Assembly (NCBI GenBank): GCA_951406725.2
Contig: OX597824.1
Location: forward strand, 99,820,001 to 99,884,000
From: Octopus vulgaris
Taxonomy: Eukaryota
Direction of reading: 5' to 3'
DNA: 64,000 nucleotides
In this document: positions 1 through 14,290 of the stretch, one piece after another
Position numbering within the stretch: position 1 is the stretch's first letter
How the letters are laid out: each line of letters starts with the position of its first letter
The notes under the pieces: generated by a model
Database searches by the model: none
The model's input: the letters and a program-made list of their open reading frames with translations, nothing else
Told to the model about the DNA's origin: nothing
Position numbers and translations under genes: made by a program

Positions 1-272
1 TCAGCATATAGGAGCTCCCAGGGGCATCATGTCTTGAATTCCTCCGTTATTGCCTGGAGGACTATGATAAATAGGAGGGGGCTGAGGACTGATCCTTGGT
101 GGACCCGTACCTCTACCCGGAATTCTTCACTGTACTCGTTGCCAACCCTCACCTTACTAGCAGCGTCCCTGTACATGGCTCGCACAGCTCTCACTAACCA
201 TTCATCTATCCCTAGTTTCCTCATTGACCACCAGATAAGGGATCGGGGGACCCTGTCGAAGGCTTTCTCCAA
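1..272 (-). mobile_element. RTE-clade LINE fragment (reverse transcriptase region), cut by the window edge
   Basis: ORF 27..272 EKAFDRVPR...HQGSVLSPLLFIIV carries RT motifs and is nearly identical to the RT of the LINE at 47667-52364. Confidence 0.9.
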
Positions 273-1028
273 AATTTTATTTACAACCAGTTACCACACA
301 AAGCCAAGGGGAAATATCAACTTACTTGTACAAACACACACACACACACACACTCAAATGATAGGTAAGGTGTCCAAGGACATATAGATAATCTGTACAT
401 AGAATGAGTGCTCAGGTGAAACCAAGTACCTAAACTCTGACGTTAAATGTAAGGAAGCAGGATCCCTATGAATAAGAGTTGGCTCTCTCAACAAATAGTA
501 CAAGATTGGTAGGAGAGACAGGGTTGGACATCAAAGAAGAAAAAGAAACATATTTTGTGATGAGAGTTTGGGATTTGTACAAAATGCACTGTTACGTGAG
601 ATGCCCACATCACATGAAAATGGTTGGTGTTTGTCAGGTTATGGCTAAAGTGCATAGATTTAGTAGAGATGTTCAAATGGAATGTGTCTGGTTGTTAGGG
701 TATTAGTAACTCAACAGAAATGTAATAACTAAATTTAGTTAATGTAATTACCTAATAACAATAAAAATAGATCAAAGTATGATCTAAGGCTTGAGGGTAG
801 AATTTGTCATGTTTATATGTGTTTATATAACTTCAGTTTTTATATCTTGTTATTGTTTTTCTATCTTACTCAGCAGGTTATCAATTGTAATTTGTTGATA
901 CTCATAATCTCTTTGACTTGAGTAATCTTTGAGTTTTATTCTTACTTTATTTCCTTCTTGGTTAATGTTGTCTTTATTAACACTTTCAGTTACCACATTT
1001 TGTACATCTTGAAAGCAAACAATGACAA

Positions 1029-1278
1029 ATGGATACAGACATTCAAGACTTAAAAATGAAATTGTCTGGCGAAGACTTCAACATGAAAGGAGGAAGGGGT
1101 AGCCTAGAAATAGTCAGCCTCATTTTTGTATTTACAGCTAATGTTCTCTACTGTTTAGCTGCCTTTACTCATGCTTGGTTCCAGCTGCCACCCCACTCAT
1201 TTTATGGCTTGTGGTGGGTGAAGTTCTGTGATTACCTTCGATGTCAGATTATCCCAGCGTTTTATGCAGAAGAACCAG
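1029..1278 (+). CDS. PMP22/EMP/claudin-superfamily tetraspan protein, coding exon 1
   Basis: Acceptor ctttcag ends at 989; ATG at 1029. Hydrophobic TM1 is followed by W...GLW...C...C (HAWFQLPPHSFYGLWWVKFCDYLRC), the claudin-family first-loop signature. Donor CCAG|gtaag after 1278, phase 1. Confidence 0.88.
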
Positions 1279-3232
1279 GTAAGATATTTCTATAGCTTCT
1301 AGAAATTTGTATATTTAACCTATGGATAGGTGACGGAGCACTTCACAGTGATACACTACCTCTTAATAATATGAACATGTAGAGATAAGCCCTTCCTCAT
1401 CTCCCAGTAAAAGAATAGAAAATTACAACATTAAGGAATAGATGGGAATAAAAATGTTGGCGTACATGAGTTTAGTTGGTGATGAGAAATATGATCTGAA
1501 GGGCATCTCTTGCTGTGCCTTCCTTAAACTATTTTTTTGATTAATTGAAAGGTATCATTAGAAACTTTAAGCAGTATCCATTTCTTGTAAGAGTATGAGT
1601 TCAAACCTCCTCTAATCATTTGAGTGCTTTTTGCTAAAATATATAAAAAAAATTGTCATTACAAACTTTACATGTCTACTCTATCTCTCCTGTAGTAAAT
1701 CATGGACTATCTGTGGGAGGCTGGTTTCACTATTTCTCCCTAATACAGGACCATAAAATAGATGACAATGATGACAATGTTCCATGTACACAGTGCCACA
1801 TCAGGGAAACCCAGCTGATATTTTTCAGACAGTTGGAAATTTCTGAGCAGGTTACCAATGCTTTTGCTACCCTTGCTGCTATATGCTATCCCTCCATGAA
1901 TTTAAATTCAATTCCCATTCTCCACTAGTAGTAGTGATTGGAACGCCCTCAGGAAAAGTTTTAGATGTCTGAAGAAATCTGGCCTTCTTACCCCTGTTGT
2001 TATATAGATGGCCACTAGTCACTGTTGTTCACATCCAGGATGAAATTTAAGGATTTCTGGAATAACATTGCCACTTTGCTATCTCATCTTGACTGACCAT
2101 AAGATGAGAATGTTTTAGTCATCAAAAATTGTCAAGTGTGTGTATACTTCAGAGATTCTGATCTTTCTGATAGCTACCGCATCTATGTCAAGTGACTTGA
2201 AATCATTGAGCAAGTGACCTTACTTCTAAGCTGATCCCAGGTTATATACATTTGTACACCACATCCTGACAACAGCCATGTTTGTTGGAAGAAGTCCCTC
2301 ACCTTAGTCTTTGTGAAGGCTAGGGATTCCAGTCCTCTCTTCAGGTGTATGTTTCTTGAATGGAAATCCCTACACTGGAAGAGAAATTTATAAAAATTCT
2401 TTAGACATTTAATATCTTTTTTAGTAACCTGTCTTTGGAAGTTTTAAAGAGGAATTTTTGAAATTCCTTTCCTTTTTGTCTTTCATGTGTGAATGTCTGT
2501 TGCTTTTACACATTAGTGAAAGATGGGATACATGAATAAGACAACTAATAAACCTGTATGTTCAAAGAAAAATACTTTATTCTGATTAAATTGCACAGTC
2601 GAGTTTGTTAGTGTAACAACTGGAAATATAGTGAACCAGGGATTGGTCATTGGAAAGTTAATTAACAACACTATTGTTTAGATACTTGATATCATAAAAA
2701 GACGTAAAAGAAAGTTGCCAGAAGATAAATCTGTCCTTGGATAAGATGTGACAGCTAAGTTTGCTACAAAATCTGGTATTGTTGTTTTGAGAAGTCTACT
2801 GTATCTATAGAATTAAGAGACAACACAATAAGTGTGTCAACTCCCATTAATTCTTGGGCTGATATTTTCACTCAGCCATTTTATCTCAGGTTATCATGTT
2901 TACAGACTAACAACCATGCATATTCTTAATAATTTTAATCTGAATATTGATAATTTAGGCATTCTAGAGTCAAAAATGTGCCTATTTTTGTTCTGCAGTA
3001 TCAGTTGTATTTCTGGTAAGTCAAGACTATCAGTTGAATTAGTTAGTGATGGTCTTTAGTTGCAGGAATTAGATCCTAATGTGAAACGTTACTCTCAGTT
3101 TTATCTCATGGGAATGCCAACTGACACCCTTTATACTTTTTATTTTCATTTCAAGCAAGTTTTCTATCATTGATTTAAATATATTGTTAAAATAATTCAT
3201 CCATATGCTCCTATCTCTTATTTCCTTTCTAG

Positions 3233-3388
3233 CATGGTACCATGTAATGCAAGGTCTCAGCCTCACTGGGTGGATTAGTCTTGTGGTCTCCATGATGATG
3301 CTTTTGTCCAAAAGAATTGATGTCTATCTCCCAATTATTTTGCGAACTAATCGCCAGGTGACTGTGTCTGCTCTGTGTCTCTTATCTG
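3233..3388 (+). CDS. PMP22/EMP/claudin-superfamily protein, coding exon 2
   Basis: Acceptor tttcctttctag; the phase-1 join gives EEP-A-WYHVMQGLSLTGWISLVVSMMMLL (TM2). Donor TCTG|gtaagt, phase 1. Confidence 0.88.
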
Positions 3389-5067
3389 GTAAGTCTTTCG
3401 TGTTGTGATTTCTACAGACAAATAACAGCCCTATTCCATCTCATATATACTGTTGGGTAGGTTAAGTGCAAGGCTGGTTACAGTGACTTAAGTTTGTAAA
3501 TATCTTAAAAAATAAATTACAGAATGAAAGAAACAAAACAAATTTCTTGAGAAAGAACAAAAATATCTTAGATATTTAGCAGTGATGTAACATTGTTGCT
3601 TATCCTGAAGTGGATCCTGGATCATATTTACAAAGATAATAATGATAAAAGAATTTTAACTTTGTTGATAGTAGGAGCAATAGCATCTGTTCTTGTTGGA
3701 GATCTGTGTCACAACCTATATTGTATACTTTAACAATATCATCATCTTCATTCTCATGTCTGTTTTCTATACTGGCATGAGTTGGATGGTTTGACAGAAG
3801 CTGAAGGGCTGTTCAGGCTCTATGCCTGTTTCGGCATGGTTTCTATGGTTGGATGTCCTTCCTAATGCTAACCACTTTACAGAGTGTGGACTGGGTGCTT
3901 TTGCACAGCACCAGTGTGGATGCTTTTTTCTCTCTTTTGTGGTACCAGCACTTACAAGCCTGAAGACAATTTTCTTTTGGAGATGTTTGACAAGTGACTG
4001 AGTGGAATTGTGGTTGTGGACAGGTCACAGAAGTGTGATAAACTCTGTAATACTTCATAATAGAGGGTCTTATATATCATCATCATCATCTTTTAATGTC
4101 TGTTGTCCATACTGGCATGGGTTGGACAGTTTGACTAGGGCTAGTAAGCTGAGGGGCTGCACCAGACTCCAGTGTGATTGACATCGTTTCTATGGCTGGA
4201 TGCTCTTCTTAATGCCAACCACTGCAAGTGCTCTTATGTGCCACACGATGGTTTGGTTAGTTGTATGTATATTGGTTGTGGGAGGGGCATAGTAAACTCT
4301 GTTTACAATTTTGATATGTAAACATATATACATGTGTGCATGCACTCACTCATTCATGTGAACATATACATACACGTACACACAAATGCATATATGTGTG
4401 AACCTTTGCATTCACTAATACATAATACATGTGTATGTGTGTGTGTGTGTATCATCATCATCATCACCATTTAATGTCCGTTTTCCATGCTGGCATATAT
4501 GTGCATATATATATGCACATACTTATATACATATGTTCATATACACACACAAAATATATTTATGCATACATATTACACATCTAAAACCTGAATATGAATT
4601 CACATATATGCACAAGCACATGTAACTGAATAAATAAGAATAAATGCACATACGTCTATATACTTCTACGCACCTGAACATATTAGATGTATACACACAA
4701 TAATGTGAAATATAACTGAATAGTGCATAAATACTTACATGAATAAATGTATAAACAAATAAATGATTAGATTTGATCTAAGTTAAAATAAAATAAGTAA
4801 AAGAATAAAGTTTGTATAAATAAATATGTGCAGAAGTAAAATGAAAATTGATAGAAAAGATGGTTGAACTGCAATATAAGAAATGAAGTAAGATATATCA
4901 GTCAAGTGTCACTCTGCGTTTGATGAGTAAATGATTCTTCTTTAGTGTAATTGGCTCTATCGTAATAAAAAGTACAGAAGAGAGCAGTATAGCAAACGGT
5001 GATGTAAGGAAAGTGGTGTCCAAACTGTAATGTAAAATGTTGAAGCATGAGGTTGGCGTGTAATGTA

Positions 5068-6250
5068 TTGAGTCATACCCATAAATAATGCAGTTTTCTC
5101 AATTGCATGAACTAAAAGTCAGAGGGGGATGGGATAAACTACCTGCTTTTATAGCAAGTTTTGAAGAGTGCAGTTCGATTTTAACAGTTATTTTTTCAAA
5201 GCTATAATGGAAGTGACAAAGGAACATATTCAGCATATTTTGCATTATGAGTTCAATAAAGGCAACAGTGCAACAGAAGGTGCAAGGAGTATTAAAGCCA
5301 TATACGGGGATTGGACAATAAGCATAAGCCAGTGTCAACAGTTGGTCCAGAAATTCCGAGCTGGAAACTGCAGCTTAGAAGATGAACCTTGTCTTGGAAG
5401 ATCTATAGAGTTTGACGAGGATGTTCTACAAACATTGGTGGAGCAAATTCACAGAACTAGCAGAGAAGCTTGGATTTGGTCATTCAACCATTCATCGAAA
5501 AGTCAGCAAATTGGGTCAATGGGTTCCTCACAAACCTTCTAAGTCTAATCACACAGAGAGAGTGAATGTGTGCTCTTCTTTGCTGTCACGTCCCATGAAT
5601 GAACCTTTTTTGAACCAGATAGTGACTGATGATGAGAAATGGGTTCTCTATAAAAATGTCAAGCACTGAAAACAGTAGGTAGGAAAAGGAGAAATACTGG
5701 CACCCCAGGCTAAAGAAGATTTTCCCCCACGTAAGGTATTGTTATATGTTTGGTGAGACATGAAAGGTTTAGTGAATTTTGAACTTTTAAACCCAAACCA
5801 AGCAATAACAAACAAAGGAGATCTACTGTGAGCCGCTTCATTGCTAGAAGGAAAATGACCATCTTTGGTTTCAAGACAAAAGCTGTTCTTCCATCGGGAT
5901 AATGCTCAGCCACATACAGCGAGAATGACATTCCAAAGACTGGAGCAGTTTGAATGGAAAACGATGCCCCACCCACTATATTCGCTGGACATTGCCCCAT
6001 CTGATTATCATTTATATCGCAGTTTTCAAAATCATTTGGGCAGAAAAAAATATGAATTCTGTAGACAAGGTCAGAACAGTACTGGAGGAGTATTTTTCAT
6101 AATGGACATATGAATTTTAGAAGAGAGCCCTTGCAAGTCTGTTAGATAGATGGAAAATGAAGTGTATATTTTAGACTAAAAAAGTACTTTGTTTATCTTA
6201 ATTTTGAAAAAATAGAAAAGTATAAAGAATTCATTTATGGGATGACCCAA
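5068..6250 (+). mobile_element. Tc1/mariner DNA transposon (mariner type), degraded, in intron 2 of the tetraspan gene
   Basis: Frameshifted transposase pieces with WVPH, (G)DEKWV, HRDNAQPH and LYSLDIAPSDYHL motifs. TIRs TTGAGTCATACCCATAAAT and ATTTATGGGATGACCCAA; TA at 5066-5067. Confidence 0.92.
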
Positions 6251-6603
6251 TGTATTAAATGTGTAAAGGCTGATATACAACATGGAGAAGAGAACATTTT
6301 AGTGGCAAGCTGAGAAAGAGTTTTGAATGGTTAGGGTGAAGTAATGGGTAGAAGAATCATACAAGGAACTTCCTTTGATGGGGACACGAGGAAATCAAGT
6401 TTTTCTGCTAAGCTGAGATGACACTCGTTATATTTGGTATGAGCTGGAGCAGATTCTAAAACAGACCATTTGATATTGTAGTTGATTCCTTTGCTTTATA
6501 AGCTCCAAATCTATTTTAAAAGTGTTGTTGCAGAATTTTTTCCTTATGTCTGAAAGTATATGCATGTATTTTACATTAGTATAGTTTTCATGACACATTG
6601 TCC

Positions 6604-6782
6604 CATGTATATAAATGTTTAAAATTTTTTTTTAAAGCCAAAACAATGTAAGTTAAAAAATTTAAAGTAAAGTTTGATGGATAGTACTATTAAATGGTAA
6701 CAGTAATAACCATTGACCTGTATTATGAATTTTTATAATCTGCATTATTTTGGCTTTAAAAAATATTTAAAACATTTACATG
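6604..6782. repeat. Imperfect AT-rich foldback (MITE-like hairpin)
   Basis: TAAATGTTT...TAAAGCCAAAACAATG pairs with CATTATTTTGGCTTTA...AAACATTTA. Confidence 0.75.
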
Positions 6783-6899
6783 TGTGTGTGTGTGTGTGTG
6801 TTTGTTTGCATACCAGTTATCAATAATTCCTCATATTACCTGTTACAATTTTTATATTATCATCATTAACTAATCTTTGTCTTTTCTTTCTGTCACCAG

Positions 6900-7054
6900 T
6901 TTCTGCTATCTCCACCAGTATTATAATGTTTTACTCCAAACTAGATGAATCCAGTCCAAAAGAAACACCCCAGATATCTTGGTCAACTGGATTAGCTGCA
7001 CTTGCATGTTTCTTGGAACTGTTTGCAGCTATGCTCTTGTTGATTATTTCCTGA
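6900..7054 (+). CDS. PMP22/EMP/claudin-superfamily protein, last coding exon
   Basis: Acceptor cttttctttctgtcaccag; reads VSAISTSIIMFYSKLDESSPKETPQISWSTGLAALACFLELFAAMLLLIIS*, including the family-typical SWS before TM4. Exons sum to 250+156+155=561 nt (186 aa). Not shown in the ORF track. Confidence 0.87.
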
Positions 7055-7139
7055 TGGTGCCACTACCAAGATACATATTTCAATAGATGTATCTATCCAT
7101 TCCAATGGTTGACTTCTTAAAGAGTTTAGCCTGGTGATT

Positions 7140-7582
7140 GACACACACACACGCACATGCACACACACACACACACACACACATCACACACATTGCACAT
7201 ATATATGTGCATAAATTGGAAAGAGTGCTCAGTGTATTATGTAAACATTGTATATTTGTTGGTAAGGCATATGAGTTAATAGTTTCCTACCTTCAAACAA
7301 AATGACTCGCACACACACACACACACACATGTGTGTATGTATGTATGTATGTATGTATACACACAGATATGCACATATATATAGTTTTTTTTTTTTTGAA
7401 ACTTAAGCTGAAGGTTTGTCTTGCAACTTGTTTTCTGGGCCTGTTTCACTACATGTATTCAGCACTTCTTTCTCATTTGCTGAACATGTATGTGTGTGTG
7501 TGTATATATATATATATAATATATGTATGTATGTGCATATTATGTTTTATATATATATATGTATGTTTTATATATATATATG

Positions 7583-7634
<52 letters not shown>

Positions 7635-7903
7635 TATCTGTGTGTGTGTGTAAATTTGTATCGTGTGTATGTGTGCACATAAATATGTGTGCATATATGT
7701 TATAAAGTATGTTTTGACACTTTAAGTTTTGTCTGATGGTTTATTCAGCCAGAATGGTTCAATAAGCTGTCAGGTGAAACTTATTGCAGTTAATGCAAAT
7801 TTGATATAAATTTGCCTCTACTTTCAGTTTTGGTTTTCCCCATCAGTGAATAATATGTTCTTATCATTGTTTTAAAATAATAACCCTATACATACATACA
7901 TTC

Positions 7904-7947
<44 letters not shown>

Positions 7948-7954
7948 GTATATA

Positions 7955-8000
<46 letters not shown>

Positions 8001-8385
8001 TATATATATACATAATACATATATAAATATGTATATACATAATACATATATAAATGAGTATGTATATACGTAATATATACATATATATGTATGTATATAT
8101 GTATACACACACACATATCACACAAATATATAATGTTTATATACTCCAATCACCAATACCTTTGATCCATTTCAGTTTGGAAACCAAAAGAACATCATTG
8201 AAATATTGAAGTATCTTTTTTCTTATGAGACACAATTTGCATACTGACGACATGAGGTGCGTGTGTGTGTGTGTGTGTGCGTGTGTGTATGTGTAATATA
8301 TATATTATACATACACATATATATCTGTATAATATATATCTATATATATTCATACACACACACACATACACACATGCATATATAG
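7140..8385. repeat. Cluster of (CA)n/(TA)n/(TATG)n microsatellites
   Basis: Directly visible; produces the spurious YIYI/THTH ORFs. Confidence 0.95.
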
Positions 8386-8739
8386 TTTAATGATGACCCT
8401 GCTAACAAATAATGGCCCTGTCCATGTTTGTTTGAATAGGATAATGTGTCATGCACATCAGAAGGGCACGTTATGGATCACTGCCAAAGGTGACTGCTAT
8501 GGAACTCCTGCATGACTACGAATCAAAAATTTGTCTGGGAAAAATTCACTTTGACAATCCAGATCAGAAGAAATGGATTATTATATGTGTGTGGAGAGGA
8601 AGGAAAAGACAGAGTTTTATGTGGAGAAAGAGGTGTTGGGAGATAAGAATAAAATATGGACAGAAATATTAAAAGGATGAAAGGCTGAATGAAGAGTCAA
8701 TTGCAGAAAGCAGAGATGAGAAAGAGGGAGCAATGGTGT

Positions 8740-9010
8740 TGTTTCCCTAATCCAGACAGGACCGATATTTTAAAATGTATTTCTGTTTGGGTAAAGGTGT
8801 AAAAGCTTCTGACTTGTCATTTTGGTACATTTTAGACATGAGGCAGCTCTTAAATATTTGTTTCTTCTCTGCTAAATACAATGCACATTTGCGACATCTG
8901 TTGGAACAAGACTTACATTTGTCCAACGCCTCCATTTGTTGCAGTTTGCAGCCTTCTTAGACTGTCATATGTGCTTCATCAGAGTAATGCTGTTCTACAG
9001 CAATGTTGTG
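8740..9010 (-). mobile_element. Penelope-like element fragment (GIY-YIG C-terminal region)
   Basis: LDKCKSC...CRKCALYLAEK...KSE resembles the PLE endonuclease C-terminal CxLCxxEK...LNxRxE motif, and parallels the ORF at 41572..41886. Confidence 0.6.
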
Positions 9011-10195
9011 TGGTTGTGCAAGCATTTATTGAAGTGGGGGACCTTTGGGATTCTAGTGTAGCACTTTTATGTTGGATGCATTGTTTGACCATCTCAACAG
9101 ACTGTGCTGCACTGATCATTAAGCAAACAAAGGAATCTCTGCATGAACCACTTCAGTGCTTCACACTCAGCATTCAGAGTGGATTTGTGTGAAAGAAAAC
9201 TCTTTATGTTTGCTGTGCAACTAATGGCAATCTTAAGCATATGTCTATTTCAAAGGTGTCTATACTTGTGTGTTTGAGGAAAATACTTATCAAGCAAATT
9301 AAGGAAGGCCTTAACTATACCACATTTAAAATTAAATGCAATATGAACCAGATCAGATTGTGATAGTGTTGTCTTTTGGTGAGTTTGGGTTGTGTGTGTA
9401 AGGGATCTCCTGAGAGCTGCTTGCTGCTAGAGCATTGTTGTAATGGGGCACTCTATCAAAGATAGGATGGCCTGGAATCTCAGACCTGTCATCTAGGTTT
9501 GAGATTCTTATATTCATTTCCTGAACTAAGTTCTTTAGCATTAGTTCTGGTTGGCAAAACCTGATGTTAAATGTCGGTGAGCTTCCTAATGGGTTTGTAG
9601 AAACATTTGTATGACCTAGTACCTAAATATATGGTCACATAACCAGAAGCTGACTATAGTGAGATTGGTTTCTGCTGTGATACTAAACCCAAGGTATTTG
9701 AAAAGCTTGATAATGTTGTCGATGAAAGCTTCATACGCAGTGCATCCAATAAGAGCCTCCAATGAGGTTGCAGACATTGGGACTATTAAATGATCTTATT
9801 CCCTTGGTTCTTTTGTCATGGGAAGACAAAGGAACTGTTTGTGTTAGATTATTTGGAACATGCTGAATCCTTATCAATGAAGAATGTTTTCTGGTTTGAA
9901 ATATCAGCAAACTCCAGTCCCTGAGTCAATTACTTTTTGCACAGATAAAATTCTATGATGTTAAATTGAGTAAATTTGGTCCTGCCCTTACCATTGCAAC
10001 TGATGAGTCATTAAATTACTACACCAGTCCCATGACAGAGGGTGAGATCAGGAGTTTCCCAAATACTAGAGTGTGAAGTACTTTTTAAAATACTGATGCA
10101 AGCTGCTTTACAGAAATGACACCTTGCTTCCTTTTTCCCAGCATTGCTTCCCACAGTTATCTATTCAGTCTTTTATCCTTTTGTTATTTCTGTCC

Positions 10196-10241
<46 letters not shown>

Positions 10242-12659
10242 ATATATATATATGTATATATAAAACTTCTCTTTCTCACTCTCTGTCCATTTCATTTATG
10301 ATGTCTCTTCTAAGCTGGATTTCCAAAATGATTTTTCCTTGACATAACTATTCAGTTCCAAATCAAGAGTTATTGTTCTTAAACTCAACAAAGTTTTTGT
10401 TTTTGTAAAAAATGTAATTTTTTCCCATTCCCAAAAGTTTTGTGCACAGGACTTCCTAGTAACTTTTCATCAAAATGTTCAGGTTTTATCCAAATTGTAC
10501 CCTTCCTAAGTGCATGCATACACATACACACGTGCACATTCACATACACACACGCATATATTTACACTCAAGCATACTTGTATGTATGCATGCATACATA
10601 TGTATCTACAAGAATTACAAGAGTCAGTGAGACATCAGAAGGACAGAGCTCTTACACATTTTATGCATTTTTTGCATAATACTCCAACTTTACCCAAGTT
10701 GTCCCTGTATTTTGTATCGTTATTCCCCCTGTATTCTAATCATCTCCTTTGTATTTCTTCGTTATTTCACTTCAGTTGTGTATTTATTTCTATCAGAAAG
10801 AAAAATTTAATTAATATTGTAATATGTAAAAATTGTTTTGCTGTCTTCATTTCTGTATTGAAAAATGATTTCTTTTTTTTGTTGTTTGTTATATTTTGTT
10901 TTTGAAGTAAACCTTTAGAATTACCTACAGATCCCCAGTACCCTTGAAACTCCTCCATAAATGGTTTCAAACAAACATCCGGTTGTTACATCAGGTGTAC
11001 AACAATTAGAATAGTGCTGAAAAATTGAAGATCAAATATTCAGCCATTTTCTATTATGAACATGTGCTGTACAACATTGCAGCCCCTTATCTCTTGTTGG
11101 ATGTAGTGGTGTCCAGCTGTGAATGTCACATGCAGTTTGGCCAAAATTGATACATGGATGATGACAGTGTAGTTTCTTCTGACACAGAGTTTCTCAAGAT
11201 ATCCAAAATGTAGCTCTACTGAAAGACATGGGATGAAATAATGAAGAATGACCTCTGGGTGTTGAGTCTCATGGAAGAGAAAGCAAAGAACTGAGAGGAT
11301 TGGTAATTTGCTGTATTTAAGAATACTTGTCCATCTAAGCAAATAATGAGATTATGTACCCAATCTGTCCCTGACAAATCTCACTTCCACAACTCTATCC
11401 CCATCTCTATCAACCACTATCCTTTTATGCTCTCAAAAACTTAACCATTTATCTCCCCTGCAGCAAGGAACTTGTCCATCTGCCATACTTTTGATTGTCC
11501 AGCTTAAAGTCACTTTTTTCAATACCACATTCCACTTCATTTGAGGGACCATGTCCAGCAAGTTGCCTGATAATGTCACTGGTGCTGGTGTCACATAAAA
11601 AGTACTCAGTGTGGTTAGCATTAGTAAGAACATCCAGCCAAAGAAACCGTTCCAAAGCAGACATAGGAGTTTAGTTCAATCCCACTGACTTTGGTAGCTC
11701 CTGTTGTACTGTGCAACTCTGCCATCATTGAAAACATACAATAAACAGTGATGCTGATGCTGATGATGATCCTTTCGTTTTAATATTACTGAAGGTACAA
11801 AGAAAATGCTTATTGCAATACAAATAAAGTACCATGTGTACATAGCTTAAATCATATAGAAAGCAAAATTGCTGCATAATAGAACTGGTTTAACATCCCA
11901 AGACCTTGGTGTCGTTAACTTATATGAATAGAAGCAACACAAAATCTTGTTATACAGCAAATTCTACACTTCTTGATCATTATTCTATGTCTTAGACCAA
12001 ATAATCTAAAATAGGGTTTTTCTTTTTCCTATGTATATAACTTATGGACTGGAGGTAAATTTATTGTTAATGAGGGTTTGTTGACTTTGTATTTCAGAAT
12101 GAAGCATCTTACTCAATGTCTTCACTTAATTCTCTTCATTTTCATGCACTACATACACATGTATGGGGTATGCATATGTGTGTGTGTGTATTGTCATTTG
12201 CTCTTTTGCGTGTCTGGGAATTTAGGTTTGTTGCTGTTGAAGGAAATCTCAGCAAGAAGAAATATATTCACAAAGATATTATCATCATCACCATCATCAA
12301 CATCATCATCATTTAATGTCCATTGTCCATGCTGGCATGAGTTGGACAGTTTGACTAGGGTTGGTAAGCTGAGGGGCTGCACCAGACTCCAGTCTGATTT
12401 GGTATGGTTTCTATAGTTGGATACCCTTCCTAATGCCAACTTCTCCCCGAGTGTAATGAGTGTGTTTACTTGCCAGCAGCATAGGTACCAGCTGCATGAC
12501 ACCAGTATCCACCACAACTATGATTTCACTTAGCTTGATGGGTCTTCTGAAGCACAGCATATTGCCAAAGATCTTGGTCATTTGTCTTTGCTTCCATGAG
12601 GCCCAATGCTTGAAAGATGTTTTTTACAGCCACTGGCACAGATGTTGGTCATAGGAGTG

Positions 12660-14290
12660 TCCAACGCACTTTGGGTTCCAAACCATCCACTGTAGAATAA
12701 GACCGGCAGTTACAGGGGATCAAATTGCAACACTTACCCATATATATTTCTGAATTTGAGTGCTAGTAGTATTATTGCCTCTGGTATTTCTTTCGTTGGC
12801 TATGGACCTGCTGTTGTTGTTGTTGCTGTCGGTGCTGTTATTTCTGGGCATTGGATCAGTAGTTCCACTGGTGCTGGCGTGGCTGTCATCTTCGGCTGTA
12901 GTGCTGCGGTTGTAGTTGTCGGTATTGGTGTCTCTGCCGCTTAATGTGTTGCTGCTGCCACCGCCTCCAGAGTTATCATTGTTGTTGCCAATGTTGTTGG
13001 ATGAGCTGCTGCTGCTATTATTCTTGTTGTGAGAGCCAAATACCGCCACTACCTCACATGTGTCGTATGACCCTTCTCAGCCTCGTTTTGCCCTCCCTCA
13101 CTGGGTACTCATTGTACTCCCTGTATGAGAAACCAGCCCCTACTCACATTTCAGCGGTGTTCACAAGTATTTTTTTAATGTTGGGTGCACAGCTAAAGGA
13201 GACTATTAGGTTGTGCCTATTGAACAAACATCCATCTCTGTGTCTGCACGAAATGCTTGTCTACTAAGCTATGGAATATCCTTCCCACACAAGTTTTAAT
13301 GTTGTGGGAGAAGTGGGATGATGCAAACCAAACTACCTCCCTTTTGTGAGGCCCAGCATATAGGAGATGTGGTCCTTAGACCCACTGAACACCAGGGTCT
13401 CACTGTAATGGAGGGCCGATACGTCAAAAATTTCTTGATTTGAGGATAGGTTCAAGATCCTCTTGCTGACATCCTTCACTAGGCTCCTAAACATGATGGA
13501 CAAGCTGCATGAAGCTGTGTTGATGTAGGACAGCCTCTGGTCTGATTTGCTGCAGGACCTGTATGAACAGGAGCTCAAGTCTAGTGTGACATCCAGGAAG
13601 GTTACAATTGTGAAGTTGGTCTCAGTTGTTATTTTGAGTCCCATGGAGCCTGGGGCACTAGTCAGGTACTTCCTAAGTCTGTCAAGAGTGTGCCCGTTGG
13701 CTCCTCTAGAGATGGTCATCGTCTCTGTAGAGACCAAAGAGGACTAAAGGGAACTTCTTCTCTAAGGTTTCCGGGATATAGCCCAATTAGATCACAAATG
13801 TCGGCGCTATTGTAGGCTCCTCACCACATCAAAACAGCCATTGGGGTCAGTTTGTTTGACCCAGGTCGAACCTTTATTAAACAGCATCATTTTCCTGGTG
13901 TGCATAATGACAGCTATGTCTCTATTGCTAATATCAGTGAAGCCCCTAGCAAAGGAAAGTGCTTTGATCAGTAATCCATTCAATATAGACAGGTAAAAGT
14001 CAACTATGTAGAATTGGGTGAAACTTGCCCTACTTTTCACCTGTTTTGCATTAAACCATGAAATTACTTCATAGGTATTGTGCCCTAGGGAGAGGTTGGA
14101 GGCTCTCCTTATGTCGTCATTGATTTTCCTTACACTTATCTCGGATTTGGCCAGGTGGATCAGGCAGCATTTGGAATTAGAAGCAAAGTTTTGTTTATGG
14201 TCCTTGATTGTGATGAAGGCATTCCTCTTATATAATATTTTTACCCTGTCAGTTATACCTAGATTGTTGGCTTATTGGCTTCACTGTTAA
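12660..14290 (-). mobile_element. Penelope-like retroelement, degraded RT region
   Basis: FTQFYIVDFYLSI, GCFDV, VTFLDVTLDL and LSYINTAS remnants match PLE RT motifs; many frameshifts. Boundaries approximate. Confidence 0.8.

Noticed and set aside
7333-8149. Many YIYI/VCVC/THTH ORFs here and at 21.5, 30.4, 37 and 56.4 kb
   Set aside because: They are translations of dinucleotide microsatellites.
9998-10045. CTGATGA-GTCAT...ATGAC hairpin
   Set aside because: It is followed by AGAG rather than GAAA and lies inside an old LINE-like remnant.
12720-13049. Asn/Ser/Thr-rich 109-aa ORF
   Set aside because: Low-complexity triplet-repeat sequence within the Penelope-like remnant; no splice or domain support.
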